DNA of 64,000 nucleotides from Cytophagales bacterium (GCA_019456305.1 VRUD01000002.1:20118-84117), one strand, 5' to 3'; positions 9,258 to 18,418 are shown, counted from the stretch's first letter. Notes: generated by a model from the sequence alone, not told the origin. Numbers and translations: made by a program.

Positions 9258-10844
9258 ATGAAAAGCTTATCGTTGATCATATTACTTTTAAGCATTCAAT
9301 TAAAATGCTTTACTCAAAATCTACCAACCACTATACCCTATGCCCCACCAGTTGGCGGGGCTATGCACTATGCGCCTAATATTGACCCTTACAAATATAT
9401 AGCTACGCTTGAATTTGACGGGAAAGATTTTTTTGATTCGGGTGAGCAAAACTTCCCACATTCTTTCAGCTTTAACACCACTCAAGATGCGAATAATGAC
9501 GGGAGCATTGATGTTGAAGATAATCTTGAAAATTTGATCCGCTTCGCAATTGGCAATTATCTCTATGGAACTGGCAGATCGGGTCTCACAAACAGAGGGC
9601 CTAATGATCAGCGGCCTGTAGTATATTTCCACTTTGTTCAACGGCAAAAATATGATGTATATGAATACTGGCTCTATTATGCAGATAATGACTGGTTAAA
9701 TGATCACGAACATGATTGGGAAAAATACTATGTATATGTTAAGGATACCACACCGATTTATATCATGATAAGCTGGCACAATGATTTTAATCTCTTTTCA
9801 TGGTGTGAGATTTCAAAAGATGATGGCAATCCGATCATAAAAGTTGATGGCGGTTCCCACGCTATGGGAAAAGGTTCTGAGGATGGGGTAGTTATTCGTT
9901 ATAATGGTGAAATCTCAAAAAATAACGGGCAGCTTGATGTTGGAGATAGCGCTACAATTCCATGGATCATTTATTCAAATGATTTCAATGTATTCAATGC
10001 CATTTCATACATTCAAAGTCCTGATACCTTCTATTACGGAGATCCGGAATATTCCTCAAACAGCGATGAGTGGGGAGATCCACGTGATGCACCCTGGAAA
10101 CGGGTGGAATGGGACAATCCTCCCACTGTACCGATCGTAGATTTAGGCGGAGACAAGACGATCTGTTCAGGAAACAGTATAGTGATTGATGCAGGCCCGG
10201 GTTTTAGCGCCTATCTGTGGTCTGACAGTTCAACCGGGCAAACCATTACAGTAACTACCCAGGGAGAATACTCAGTGGAAGTGACTGATAATTTCGGATG
10301 CGCTCATAGTGATACGGTAGAAGTATTCGTAGAAACATTGTTGCCTGAAGCAGGTTACAATCATGTTTCAACTGGGTTAACGGTTAGTTTCTCAGATTCA
10401 TCATTGGCTGCCTTAAATTGGCTCTGGTATTTTGGAGACGGAAGTCCCGGTTCAACGCTTCAAAATCCAACACATGGTTATGCCACCCAGGGAACTTTTA
10501 ATGTGTGTTTAATCGCAGGCAATGTTTGCGGTTCAGATACTATTTGTGATAGCATAACTATTGTTTCAACTGGTATTCAGAGTTTTGTATTTAAAAATGA
10601 AGTGAAAGTCTTTCCTAATCCAGCCGGTACCACTTTTACAATTTATATCAATTTATCTGCTACTGGAGACCTCTCTTTTGTGCTTTATGATTTGCCCGGC
10701 AATGAAGTAGAAAGGAGAGAAAATCTTACAACTGGAAAAACCAAATTTAGCAGAAATGATCTGCCTAATGGAATGTATATTTATAAGCTGTTTAATAATA
10801 AAGAAATTATAAAAACGGGGAAAATAATATTGTTTGAACCTTGA
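9258..10844 (+). CDS. T9SS-secreted protein: N-terminal NLP/Vps62-like 'HxHDWE' domain, PKD domain, T9SS CTD
   Basis: The signal peptide starts at the internal Met (MKSLSLIILLLSIQLKCFTQ). 'YEYWLYYADNDWLNDHEHDWEKYYVYV..ISWHNDF..GNPIIKVDGGSHAM'. PKD 'WYFGDGSPGSTLQNPTHGYATQGTFNV'. CTD 'KVFPNPAGTTFTIYINL...GMYIYKL'. Confidence 0.8.
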   Translation: MKSLSLIILLLSIQLKCFTQNLPTTIPYAPPVGGAMHYAPNIDPYKYIATLEFDGKDFFDSGEQNFPHSFSFNTTQDANNDGSIDVEDNLENLIRFAIGNYLYGTGRSGLTNRGPNDQRPVVYFHFVQRQKYDVYEYWLYYADNDWLNDHEHDWEKYYVYVKDTTPIYIMISWHNDFNLFSWCEISKDDGNPIIKVDGGSHAMGKGSEDGVVIRYNGEISKNNGQLDVGDSATIPWIIYSNDFNVFNAISYIQSPDTFYYGDPEYSSNSDEWGDPRDAPWKRVEWDNPPTVPIVDLGGDKTICSGNSIVIDAGPGFSAYLWSDSSTGQTITVTTQGEYSVEVTDNFGCAHSDTVEVFVETLLPEAGYNHVSTGLTVSFSDSSLAALNWLWYFGDGSPGSTLQNPTHGYATQGTFNVCLIAGNVCGSDTICDSITIVSTGIQSFVFKNEVKVFPNPAGTTFTIYINLSATGDLSFVLYDLPGNEVERRENLTTGKTKFSRNDLPNGMYIYKLFNNKEIIKTGKIILFEP

Positions 10845-11115
10845 CCATTTTCTTTATTTAAAGAATATTATTCTATTACAGAAAAGACAAAAAAAAGAAA
10901 AAATGTTGTCGGTTCCCTGGCGGTTACTGATAATGCTAACAAAAACGTTCGGAGTACGTATTGACAAATATTGACTATCTTTACAACAAAAAAGATCATG
11001 GATTATAAACAATACGAAAATAATCATACTTATTTTCGTATTGTCGTGTGTTTCCACCCGATACTCCCTGTCAGGTGGGAAGACCTGGCAATACTCAAAA
11101 TTTTAAAACAAGATT

Positions 11116-12120
11116 ATGAATATATTTAATAAACAAATTAGCCGTTTAAAATTAGACGGGTGGCATTGTAAATATGTTTTACCTTGCTTCTTTATACTTT
11201 TTACTTTAGTTCCTTTGCTACGCTCAGGACAGGCTTTTGCACAAGAACAATCTAAAATAATTGACAGCCTTCTTGCAGTTCTTGAAACTGTCAAAGAAGA
11301 TACAAACAAAGCAATAACATTATATGAACTATGTTGGCATAATAGAACAATAGATCAGAAAAAAGCTCTTGAATATTGTAATCAAGCTTTGAATCTATCA
11401 AAGCAATTAAATTTTCAAAAGGGGATTGCATATAGTCTTACAAAAAGTGGAGTAGTTTACAGAATTAAAAAAGACTATGAAAAAGCAATTGATTACTTAC
11501 AACAAGGTTTAAAAGTAAGTAAAGAGGCGGGGTTCAAAAAGGGAATTGCATTTTCGTCAATTGAAATGGGTATAGCTTATTATTATCAGGGAAAATACGA
11601 AAAAGCTAAAGACTATTATTTACAATCACTAAAAATTTATAACGAATTGGATAATCAATATGCAATGGCTGTTATTTCGTATAACATTGGTTATATTTAT
11701 TCTTTTCAAGGTAAATATGAACAATCAGTAGCTTATTATGTAAAATCCTTAACAGTTTATAAAAAATTGGAGAAAAACGGGAAAATGGCTAATTGTTTAA
11801 ATAATATAGGGAATGCTTATGGTATGCAAGGCAATCATAAAAAAGCAATTAACTATTTTCAGCAAGCCCTTGATATGTACACCAATTTAAAAGACAAGAG
11901 AGGAATTGGTTTAGCTATGTATAATATTGGAGAAATGAATTATAAAGAAGAAAAATATGAAAAAGCTATTGAATATTGCAATAAAAGTTTAAAAAATGCA
12001 AAAGAAGTTCAGGCAAAAGATATAATTAAGTTAAATTACGAAACCCTATCTGCGATATACACTAATCTAAAAGATCAAGAAAAAGCTGTTAAGTACAAAA
12101 AACTATTGTCAGAATTGTAA
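11116..12120 (+). CDS. TPR-repeat protein (signal/anchor at N-terminus)
   Basis: 334 aa with about 7 TPR units ('GIAYSLTKSGVVYRIKKDYEKAIDYLQQGLKV', etc.). Confidence 0.85.
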   Translation: MNIFNKQISRLKLDGWHCKYVLPCFFILFTLVPLLRSGQAFAQEQSKIIDSLLAVLETVKEDTNKAITLYELCWHNRTIDQKKALEYCNQALNLSKQLNFQKGIAYSLTKSGVVYRIKKDYEKAIDYLQQGLKVSKEAGFKKGIAFSSIEMGIAYYYQGKYEKAKDYYLQSLKIYNELDNQYAMAVISYNIGYIYSFQGKYEQSVAYYVKSLTVYKKLEKNGKMANCLNNIGNAYGMQGNHKKAINYFQQALDMYTNLKDKRGIGLAMYNIGEMNYKEEKYEKAIEYCNKSLKNAKEVQAKDIIKLNYETLSAIYTNLKDQEKAVKYKKLLSEL

Positions 12121-12141
12121 GTATAGTCATAATATAATTTA

Positions 12142-12615
12142 ATGAATGTAAAACATTTTTTCCTCATTCTTCTTATTACTAATTCCTTGCCAGGTTGTAT
12201 TTCTTTTTTAAAAATGCCCCCAATTCCAAATGATTCTATTGATGTTAGTAGGGAACTAAAATATATATACAAAACTGATCAAAAAGATAGAAGGCAAAAT
12301 TTATTAAGGTTCATATTTACTCCGGAAGAAAAGAAAATGCAAAATAATAAACTAATTGCAGTATCAGATAGAGATTCAATAAGACTAACAAGAGTAATTG
12401 ACCTATATGACAAAAACTTAATAAAAACTTATGAAGATAAATTTAATGCAGCTTTTATATATTTACATGGGGGTGGTATAAAACTAACCAAAGATTCTCT
12501 ATATATGAGAATCTCTTATAGTCTTTTTAAGGATACATATGAGAATTCTGATATAAAGAAATTAAAACGTAGGGCAGAGCCTTTGATGAATCAGGCATAT
12601 TATAGATGGCAATAG
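12142..12615 (+). CDS. Hypothetical lipoprotein
   Basis: 157 aa. Lipobox-like 'SLPGC' after a hydrophobic N-terminus. Lies 21 nt after the TPR gene. Confidence 0.55.
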   Translation: MNVKHFFLILLITNSLPGCISFLKMPPIPNDSIDVSRELKYIYKTDQKDRRQNLLRFIFTPEEKKMQNNKLIAVSDRDSIRLTRVIDLYDKNLIKTYEDKFNAAFIYLHGGGIKLTKDSLYMRISYSLFKDTYENSDIKKLKRRAEPLMNQAYYRWQ

Positions 12616-12677
12616 CTCTTACAATATTACTTTTACCCCCGAGTCTCAGGGTCAATAATTAAAAGCGCCAAATAACA

Positions 12678-13106
12678 ATTAAATTCCAAACACCAAATCT
12701 CAAACAAAGCCAAAACAAACCCATTCTATTATTTGATGGCGTATGTAATTTATGCAGCTTTTTCGTTAATTTCATAATAAAGCGGGATAAACAAAGCAAA
12801 TTTATGTTTGCCTCATTACAATCAGAAACAGGGAAAAAGCTGCTGCATAAATTTGGTCTTCCAACAAACGATTTTCACTCTTTGATCCTGATCAACAGAA
12901 ATGAGTATTTTACAAGATCAACCGCAGCGCTCAAGGTAGTTAAAGAATTTAGCGGGCTTTGGCCTGCTGTTTATATGCTGATAATCGTACCAAAACCTGT
13001 AAGAGATTTTCTTTATGACTTCATAGCAAAAAACCGCTATAGGTGGTTTGGGAAGAAAGAGCAATGTTTGATTCCTACAAAGGATATTGAGGACAGGTTC
13101 TTTTGA
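12678..13106 (+). CDS. Thiol-disulfide oxidoreductase DCC-family protein (DUF393); start codon unresolved
   Basis: The track starts at ATG 12804. The family-defining 'ILLFDGVCNLCSFFVNFIIKRD' is encoded in the same frame upstream (12723..). The frame is open from 12663 with no ATG/GTG/TTG; ATT 12678 and ATA 12672 are the only candidates. Confidence 0.6.
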   Translation: MKFQTPNLKQSQNKPILLFDGVCNLCSFFVNFIIKRDKQSKFMFASLQSETGKKLLHKFGLPTNDFHSLILINRNEYFTRSTAALKVVKEFSGLWPAVYMLIIVPKPVRDFLYDFIAKNRYRWFGKKEQCLIPTKDIEDRFF

Positions 13107-13142
13107 TGGTTGATGGGTTTTATCTAAATTTTAGTGTTATAT

Positions 13143-13306
13143 AAAGCTGAGTCCACTCCAAAAAGTCAATTTTCGCCACAAAAGCACAAAAACACAAAAT
13201 CCCACAAAAGTTATTTGATTGATTTTCAATGTTTTGTGGGATTTTGTGCTTTGGTGTTTTAGTGGCATTTTTTCTTTTTTAACTTTTTGGAGTGGACTCA
13301 AAGCTT
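13143..13306. repeat. About 160-nt long-stem palindromic element between convergent DCC and ppiD genes
   Basis: Outer arms gagtccactccaaaaagt / actttttggagtggactc. Inner arms gccacaaaagcacaaaaacacaaaatcccacaaaa / ttttgtgggattttgtgctttggtgttttagtggc. Confidence 0.8.
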
Positions 13307-13323
13307 CATAATCCATCATCCAT

Positions 13324-15432
13324 CTAATAAAACCTGCTCCTGTTATCCTCAATCTCTGCAAAGTCTCTAATAGATTCGTTTATATAATATTGGCTGGAGG
13401 AAGACCGCTTGTTAATTAATTGTGATTTATAGGAGTTAAAATCTTGTGTCTCGGCAGCGGGAGTTAATTTTACTAATTCTATTAACAGCACCCCGGTTTC
13501 TCCAACAAATGGCTCAGTTCTTTCTCCTTCTTTAAGCGCAAATATCTTGCCGATTGCTATGACATCATTGCCAACGCCTTCCAGGTAATTTGACTGGAAA
13601 TTTACATTTCCCGCAGTTTTTACCAGGGCGTCTGAGCCATATTGTTCTGCTATTTGATCAATACTTCCGGATGAGGCGATAAGTTTTTCCATCATTTGTT
13701 CACCTTTTAGCTTGTTCCGTACTTTAACCGTGATCTCATCTCTTACCTTGTCAATCTGAGCAGTACCTTCATCCTGTTTTTCTATAACTGCTGCAACAAT
13801 AATTTTATCTTCAAATTCAAATACCTGTGATACATCTTCTACTTCTGCATCTTTAAAAGCCCATCTAATGACTTCCCTGACATTAAGCATATTATTTAAA
13901 TGCTGGTCTGTTTTGCCAACATTTTCAGCAAGGTCGCTTGTAATGGAGGTATCATTTTCAATATTGAGATAAAATTCCGATAAGTTTTTGGACGTTCCGG
14001 AAAAAAAATCTGCTTTTACATAGACTGCATTTCTTGTTTCATCGCTGGCATAGATTTCTCTTTCCACGGTGGCGACCTTAAATAATTTATTGGTTTTTAA
14101 TTCTGTAATTTTAATGATATGATAGCCAAAACGGGTCTCTACCGGTTCAGGTAAAAGTCCCAATTTTTCACTTTTAAATACCGCCTCATTAAATGGGGCT
14201 ACCATCGTTCCATCATCAAACCACCCAAGGTCACCCCCTCTGGTTGAAGTAGCGTCACTGCCATGAATATTTGCCAACTCTTCAAAGCTGCCGCCTTGCT
14301 TTATTTGTTTCAGAACATTTTCGCATTCCCTCAAAGCCTCAGCTTTGTCTTCATCTGACTCGCTTTTTGTTTTGAACAATATATGGCTTGCCCTGGCATA
14401 ATAGATTGAGTCTTCCAATATATCTTCTATTTTGTACAGAATATAGCTTGATTCATCTGCGAATGGACCCAATACCGTGTCTTTTTGGAGTATTGCCGGG
14501 TTATTTTGTAGTTTTTCAGGCATATCGCCTATGTGCATAGAATCCGGATTATATGACAGATCAGAATTTAAACTGACAAAAGCTGAATCATCTTCTGCTA
14601 AAGCAAAGCTGCTTTTCAGATCATTTATTTCTTCATAAAAATAAGCGCTGTCTTTTGCAGAAAGTATAATCGGGAAAACCACGTACTCAATACTCCCGGT
14701 TTCATCTACCTGGTATTGATCCTGGTTTTCCTCCAGGTATTCTTTTAATTGATGTTCAGCTACATGGACAGTGGTATCATATATTGAATAGAATGGAACA
14801 TATATGAATTTTACTTCGGCTCTGGCATTTTGCTCATTATAAAAATTTTTAGATTCATGAGTGGTAGCATAATTTGATAATCCCAGTAAATTTTCATATT
14901 TTGTTCTTAATCTTTCGGGTCCAATGTTTCTTTCAAAGACGTACCACATTGCTTGCTGCTGTGGCTCTAATTGACCAAGATTCTGAAGGTAGTTGATGAT
15001 CAGGTTGCGGTCAAATTGATTTGTTTCCGGGTTCACAAAAATTTGCCTGAGGGACGGATGGATATTTGCACCCTGCACTATGTCCACAACTTCTTCTTCT
15101 GTTACCCTAAGTCCGAGCTTATTAAATTGATCCAGGTAAGAGATTTTGAAGATAAGTTGATTCCACGCCTGTTCCCTGATACCGGGCATTTCATTTTCAT
15201 CCGGATTTTTACCCGTGTTAAGCAGGTAATTATTTTTAAATTCATCAACCTGCTGTTGAAAATCCTGCAGTTTAATTTCGTTTCCGCTAATTTCGCCTAC
15301 AATTTGAGTGTTATCGCCAAATAGACGAGACTGACCGAATAAAAGGTCCTGGAGTACAAAACCCCCTATACCTATTGCTATGACACCTACTGCAAGACCT
15401 GCTCGTTGTCTTATTTTATTGATAATTGCCAT
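13324..15432 (-). CDS. PpiD/SurA-like peptidyl-prolyl isomerase (parvulin domain), membrane-anchored
   Basis: 'ARASHILF..GGDLGWF..FGYHIIK' parvulin motif; N-terminal TM 'AGLAVGVIAIGIGGFVL'. I prefer Met at 15432 (MAIINKIRQR) because a TATATTTG box (15460..15467) lies inside the longer 15462 ORF. Confidence 0.85.
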   Translation of the reverse strand: MAIINKIRQRAGLAVGVIAIGIGGFVLQDLLFGQSRLFGDNTQIVGEISGNEIKLQDFQQQVDEFKNNYLLNTGKNPDENEMPGIREQAWNQLIFKISYLDQFNKLGLRVTEEEVVDIVQGANIHPSLRQIFVNPETNQFDRNLIINYLQNLGQLEPQQQAMWYVFERNIGPERLRTKYENLLGLSNYATTHESKNFYNEQNARAEVKFIYVPFYSIYDTTVHVAEHQLKEYLEENQDQYQVDETGSIEYVVFPIILSAKDSAYFYEEINDLKSSFALAEDDSAFVSLNSDLSYNPDSMHIGDMPEKLQNNPAILQKDTVLGPFADESSYILYKIEDILEDSIYYARASHILFKTKSESDEDKAEALRECENVLKQIKQGGSFEELANIHGSDATSTRGGDLGWFDDGTMVAPFNEAVFKSEKLGLLPEPVETRFGYHIIKITELKTNKLFKVATVEREIYASDETRNAVYVKADFFSGTSKNLSEFYLNIENDTSITSDLAENVGKTDQHLNNMLNVREVIRWAFKDAEVEDVSQVFEFEDKIIVAAVIEKQDEGTAQIDKVRDEITVKVRNKLKGEQMMEKLIASSGSIDQIAEQYGSDALVKTAGNVNFQSNYLEGVGNDVIAIGKIFALKEGERTEPFVGETGVLLIELVKLTPAAETQDFNSYKSQLINKRSSSSQYYINESIRDFAEIEDNRSRFY

Positions 15433-15459
15433 GAGATTCTTTGATTGGTTAACCCGATG

Positions 15460-15467
15460 CAAATATA
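15460..15467 (-). promoter_or_regulatory. -7 box TATATTTG carried inside the CCGATGCAAATATACGAA repeat
   Basis: 28 nt upstream of the preferred ppiD-like start (15432). Confidence 0.45.
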
Positions 15468-15751
15468 CGAACGAATACTAATAAATTATTAATTGTATGA
15501 ATGAAATTCCCTAAATGCCTAATGGTTATATGCAAAATAAAAATGAGCAGTTAAATTATATATAATTTCGTTAATTTTTCTTTTGATTTTTTAAAAAAAT
15601 ATTTAAAAAAACTACTAAAGAGTTGTGTTCTTTACTCACTTAAAAAAACTTTGCTCAAAGGGTAAATTCAAGAGTAAATATTCAATAGTGATATTTTTCA
15701 AATAAAGAAATCTTTTATTTTTTAAATTAACATTTATTGTTTTATTTTTGT

Positions 15752-16453
15752 AAGTCCCATAGGGACGAGATTATGGTAGTAGTAGAAAGAATTTCCCCCA
15801 TACAAATAAAGCTCCGTTAGGAGCGACATTATTGTCTAAACCCAACCAGTTAATCATAAAATTCAAACAAATATTTTTCATCATATTTTATTTCAAATTT
15901 TTTCAGTAAATCCAGATATTCTTCACGAAATGTACATTTTGAATGATGTTTTTCCTGATTCATAATATAGTTAATAACCTGGTTTCGTTGTGATCTGGAA
16001 TATGTAAATCCTCCATATCCTTCCTGCCAACTAAATTTTCCATGCACAAATTTTTTTATATTTATCCATTTTGAAGAATTGGATTTTACAATCTGAATGA
16101 TATTAGACAAATTTGAAACCGGCTGCATTTCAAAGAAAATATGAATATGGTCTTTCCATCCATTAACAGCAAGCGAATATTGACCGATATTAGAAAGAAT
16201 ACCATAGACATATTTATACAGTTCATCCCGGAAATCCTTGGTGATGATGTTTTCACGCCCTTTAACAGCAAAAACAGCTTGAACATTCATTTGGGTATAT
16301 GTATTTGCCATAATGTTTTGATTTTAATGTTGAATTATGCATGTTTGATTTTTTACTACTACTCCATAATGTCGCCCCTACAGGGCTTGGGAGTTTTTTG
16401 TTTGATTCATTTTTTACCATAATATCGCCCCTACAGGGCTTGGCTAAATTTCG
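15752..16453 (-). mobile_element. RAYT unit: tyrosine transposase gene flanked by two REP hairpins on each side in inverted orientation
   Basis: Left REPs at 15752..15776 (aagtcccatagggacgagattatgg) and 15809..15834 (aagctccgttaggagcgacattattg). Right REPs at 16364..16390 and 16427..16453 (ccataatRtcgcccctacagggcttgg), the reverse complement of the left type. Confidence 0.75.
15850..16311 (-). CDS. REP-associated tyrosine transposase (RAYT; IS200/IS605 Y1 TnpA-like)
   Basis: 153 aa. 'MANTYTQMNVQAVFAVKGR', HUH motif 'DHIHIFF', 'WQEGYGGFTYSRSQ', 'YIMNQEKHH'. This is the common Bacteroidota RAYT sequence type. Confidence 0.9.
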   Translation of the reverse strand: MANTYTQMNVQAVFAVKGRENIITKDFRDELYKYVYGILSNIGQYSLAVNGWKDHIHIFFEMQPVSNLSNIIQIVKSNSSKWINIKKFVHGKFSWQEGYGGFTYSRSQRNQVINYIMNQEKHHSKCTFREEYLDLLKKFEIKYDEKYLFEFYD

Positions 16454-16576
16454 CTTAATTCATTTTCTATCATAAATACTCCCCAAAATTAAAAAATATT
16501 TTCAGAGAACAAAATTAAATTTTTTTCATTAAATTTGAACACTTTTAGGTGCTCAAATTCATTTTGCCATCAACCC

Positions 16577-17848
16577 TTAATCAGTTAAATATTTTTTCAA
16601 AGTAAGCTTAACGGTTTCTATCCGGGCGTTATCCATCGTTAAGATCTTAAAAGTAAAGGGAGAAATATTTATTATATCATTCACTTTAGGAATATCTTCA
16701 TTTACCATAAGAATAAAACCTCCCAATGTATCGTATTCGTCTTTAGGTATATTCCAATTGTACTTGTCATTGAGGTAATCAATTTCGTGTCTTGCGCTTA
16801 GGATGTAGTTATTTTCATCTATTTGTTGTTCTATTTTTACCTCTTTATCATATTCATCCTGGATCTCACCGAATATTTCTTCAATAACATCTTCAATACT
16901 GACCACTCCGGAAGTGCCTCCAAATTCATCTGCCACCAACATCAAACTTTTGCGTTCAGCAATAAATTTTACAAACAATTGGTTTGCCGGTAATGTTTCC
17001 TGCACAATAGAGATTTTCGTGAGAATATCCTGTATTTTTTTAGGTTTTTTAAACATTTCTGATGAATGACAGTAGCCTATGATGTTGTCAATAGATTTTT
17101 TATAAACCAATATTTTTGTATGGCCACTCTCAATAAATGCTTTTTTTAATGCTTTTATTCCATCTTTAATATCAACTGCAACAATTTCTGCACGTGGGAT
17201 CAGACAATCTCTCACGCTTAGGTTTTTAAATTCAATCGCCCTGTTAAAAATTTTAGTGTTAATATCCTGTTCCTTATTCAAATTTCCATGTTGACTTTTA
17301 CTATTAATGTAATTAGTCAGGTCAGTAAGTCCGAATACCGGTTTTTCTTCAGAATATTCAAGTTTAAAGATCCTGGTTATTACAACTTGTGAAAGTGAGG
17401 CTATCAAATATACAAGCGGGTACAATAAATAGTAAATGATGTACATAGGGATTGAAAATATCTCTATCATTTTATTCGGGCTTATCATGAAAATACTCTT
17501 GGGTAAAAATTCTGCCACTGCCAGAACGATGGTCGTTGAAATTAAGGTTTGTATAAGCAAAATGCTTATTTCGTTATTAATAAATTCTGGTAATATTGCT
17601 GATATAGTTGGTTCTAAAATGCTTGCCATAAAAATTCCAAACACTACCAATGCTATAGTATTCCCAATAAGTATGGCAGTAATAAATTTGGAAGGTTTTT
17701 TAAGAAAATGTCCCAGTATTTTACCACTGATATTTCTTCGTTTATTTTCTAATTCAATGTGGAGTTTATTTGCAGAAATGAATGCTATTTCAATTCCTGA
17801 AAAAAGAGCTGAAAAAATTAATGCAATGATGATGATGCTTATCTCCAT
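16577..17848 (-). CDS. CNNM/CorC-HlyC family membrane protein (GldE-like): DUF21 TM domain, CBS pair, CorC_HlyC
   Basis: 423 aa. N-terminal 4 TM, 'VRDCLIPRAEIVAVD', 'VADEFGGTSGVVSIEDVIEEIFGEIQDEYD'. Confidence 0.85.
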   Translation of the reverse strand: MEISIIIIALIFSALFSGIEIAFISANKLHIELENKRRNISGKILGHFLKKPSKFITAILIGNTIALVVFGIFMASILEPTISAILPEFINNEISILLIQTLISTTIVLAVAEFLPKSIFMISPNKMIEIFSIPMYIIYYLLYPLVYLIASLSQVVITRIFKLEYSEEKPVFGLTDLTNYINSKSQHGNLNKEQDINTKIFNRAIEFKNLSVRDCLIPRAEIVAVDIKDGIKALKKAFIESGHTKILVYKKSIDNIIGYCHSSEMFKKPKKIQDILTKISIVQETLPANQLFVKFIAERKSLMLVADEFGGTSGVVSIEDVIEEIFGEIQDEYDKEVKIEQQIDENNYILSARHEIDYLNDKYNWNIPKDEYDTLGGFILMVNEDIPKVNDIINISPFTFKILTMDNARIETVKLTLKKYLTD

Positions 17849-18379
17849 TTATTCGCTAATTGTAAAAACACCTGTAGGTTTTAAAATTTTGTATTTCGAA
17901 AAATCCTCGTTGGCATCAAGTCCTTCACCCATTAAGATCTCTTTGGGTGTTTCTATCCTTACAAATTTATCTGTAAATATCCTTTGTTCGGTAGGATTCC
18001 AATTCAATTCTTCACAATTTAACTGTTCATTTTCCAGTTTGTTTTTAATGATCACATTCCCGGTTACATTATAAATTCCGGTCTTTTTATCAAACTTACC
18101 GAAATTTGATCTCAAAGTTGAGGATACTTCTTCATATTCTGTATAAAAGATCAAATTTAATCCTTCGGGAAATGTCCTGTCTCCATTTTGAAATTCATAT
18201 TCTAATGGCGCCCGTAATTTTATCCGTAAAATTGCAGAATCACTATAAAGGGTTTCAATATCATGCAATTCAATAAGAGGGCCATCGTAGGTTTTCATAT
18301 CTTTGAGGTCATCTTTTGAGGATGTGCAGGAGATAGACATTGTTATAAAGCATACTAATAATAAAAATGACTGATTCAT
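17849..18379 (-). CDS. Probable LptC (LPS export periplasmic protein), lipoprotein
   Basis: 176 aa. Lipobox 'SISC'. OstA-like pattern 'GNVIIKNKLENEQLNCEELNWNPTEQRIFTDKFVRIETPKEILMGEGLDANEDFSKYKI'. Abuts the GldE-like gene. Confidence 0.6.
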   Translation of the reverse strand: MNQSFLLLVCFITMSISCTSSKDDLKDMKTYDGPLIELHDIETLYSDSAILRIKLRAPLEYEFQNGDRTFPEGLNLIFYTEYEEVSSTLRSNFGKFDKKTGIYNVTGNVIIKNKLENEQLNCEELNWNPTEQRIFTDKFVRIETPKEILMGEGLDANEDFSKYKILKPTGVFTISE

Positions 18380-18418
18380 ATTTTATAGTACCGGAATTTC
18401 AAAATTTATACATAAGTT

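Noticed and set aside
17436-18074. 212-aa plus-strand ORF
   Set aside because: It lies antisense to the gldE-like and lptC-like genes. Its composition is low-complexity and hydrophobic, typical of the reverse frame of an AT-rich membrane-protein gene, and it has no recognisable motif.
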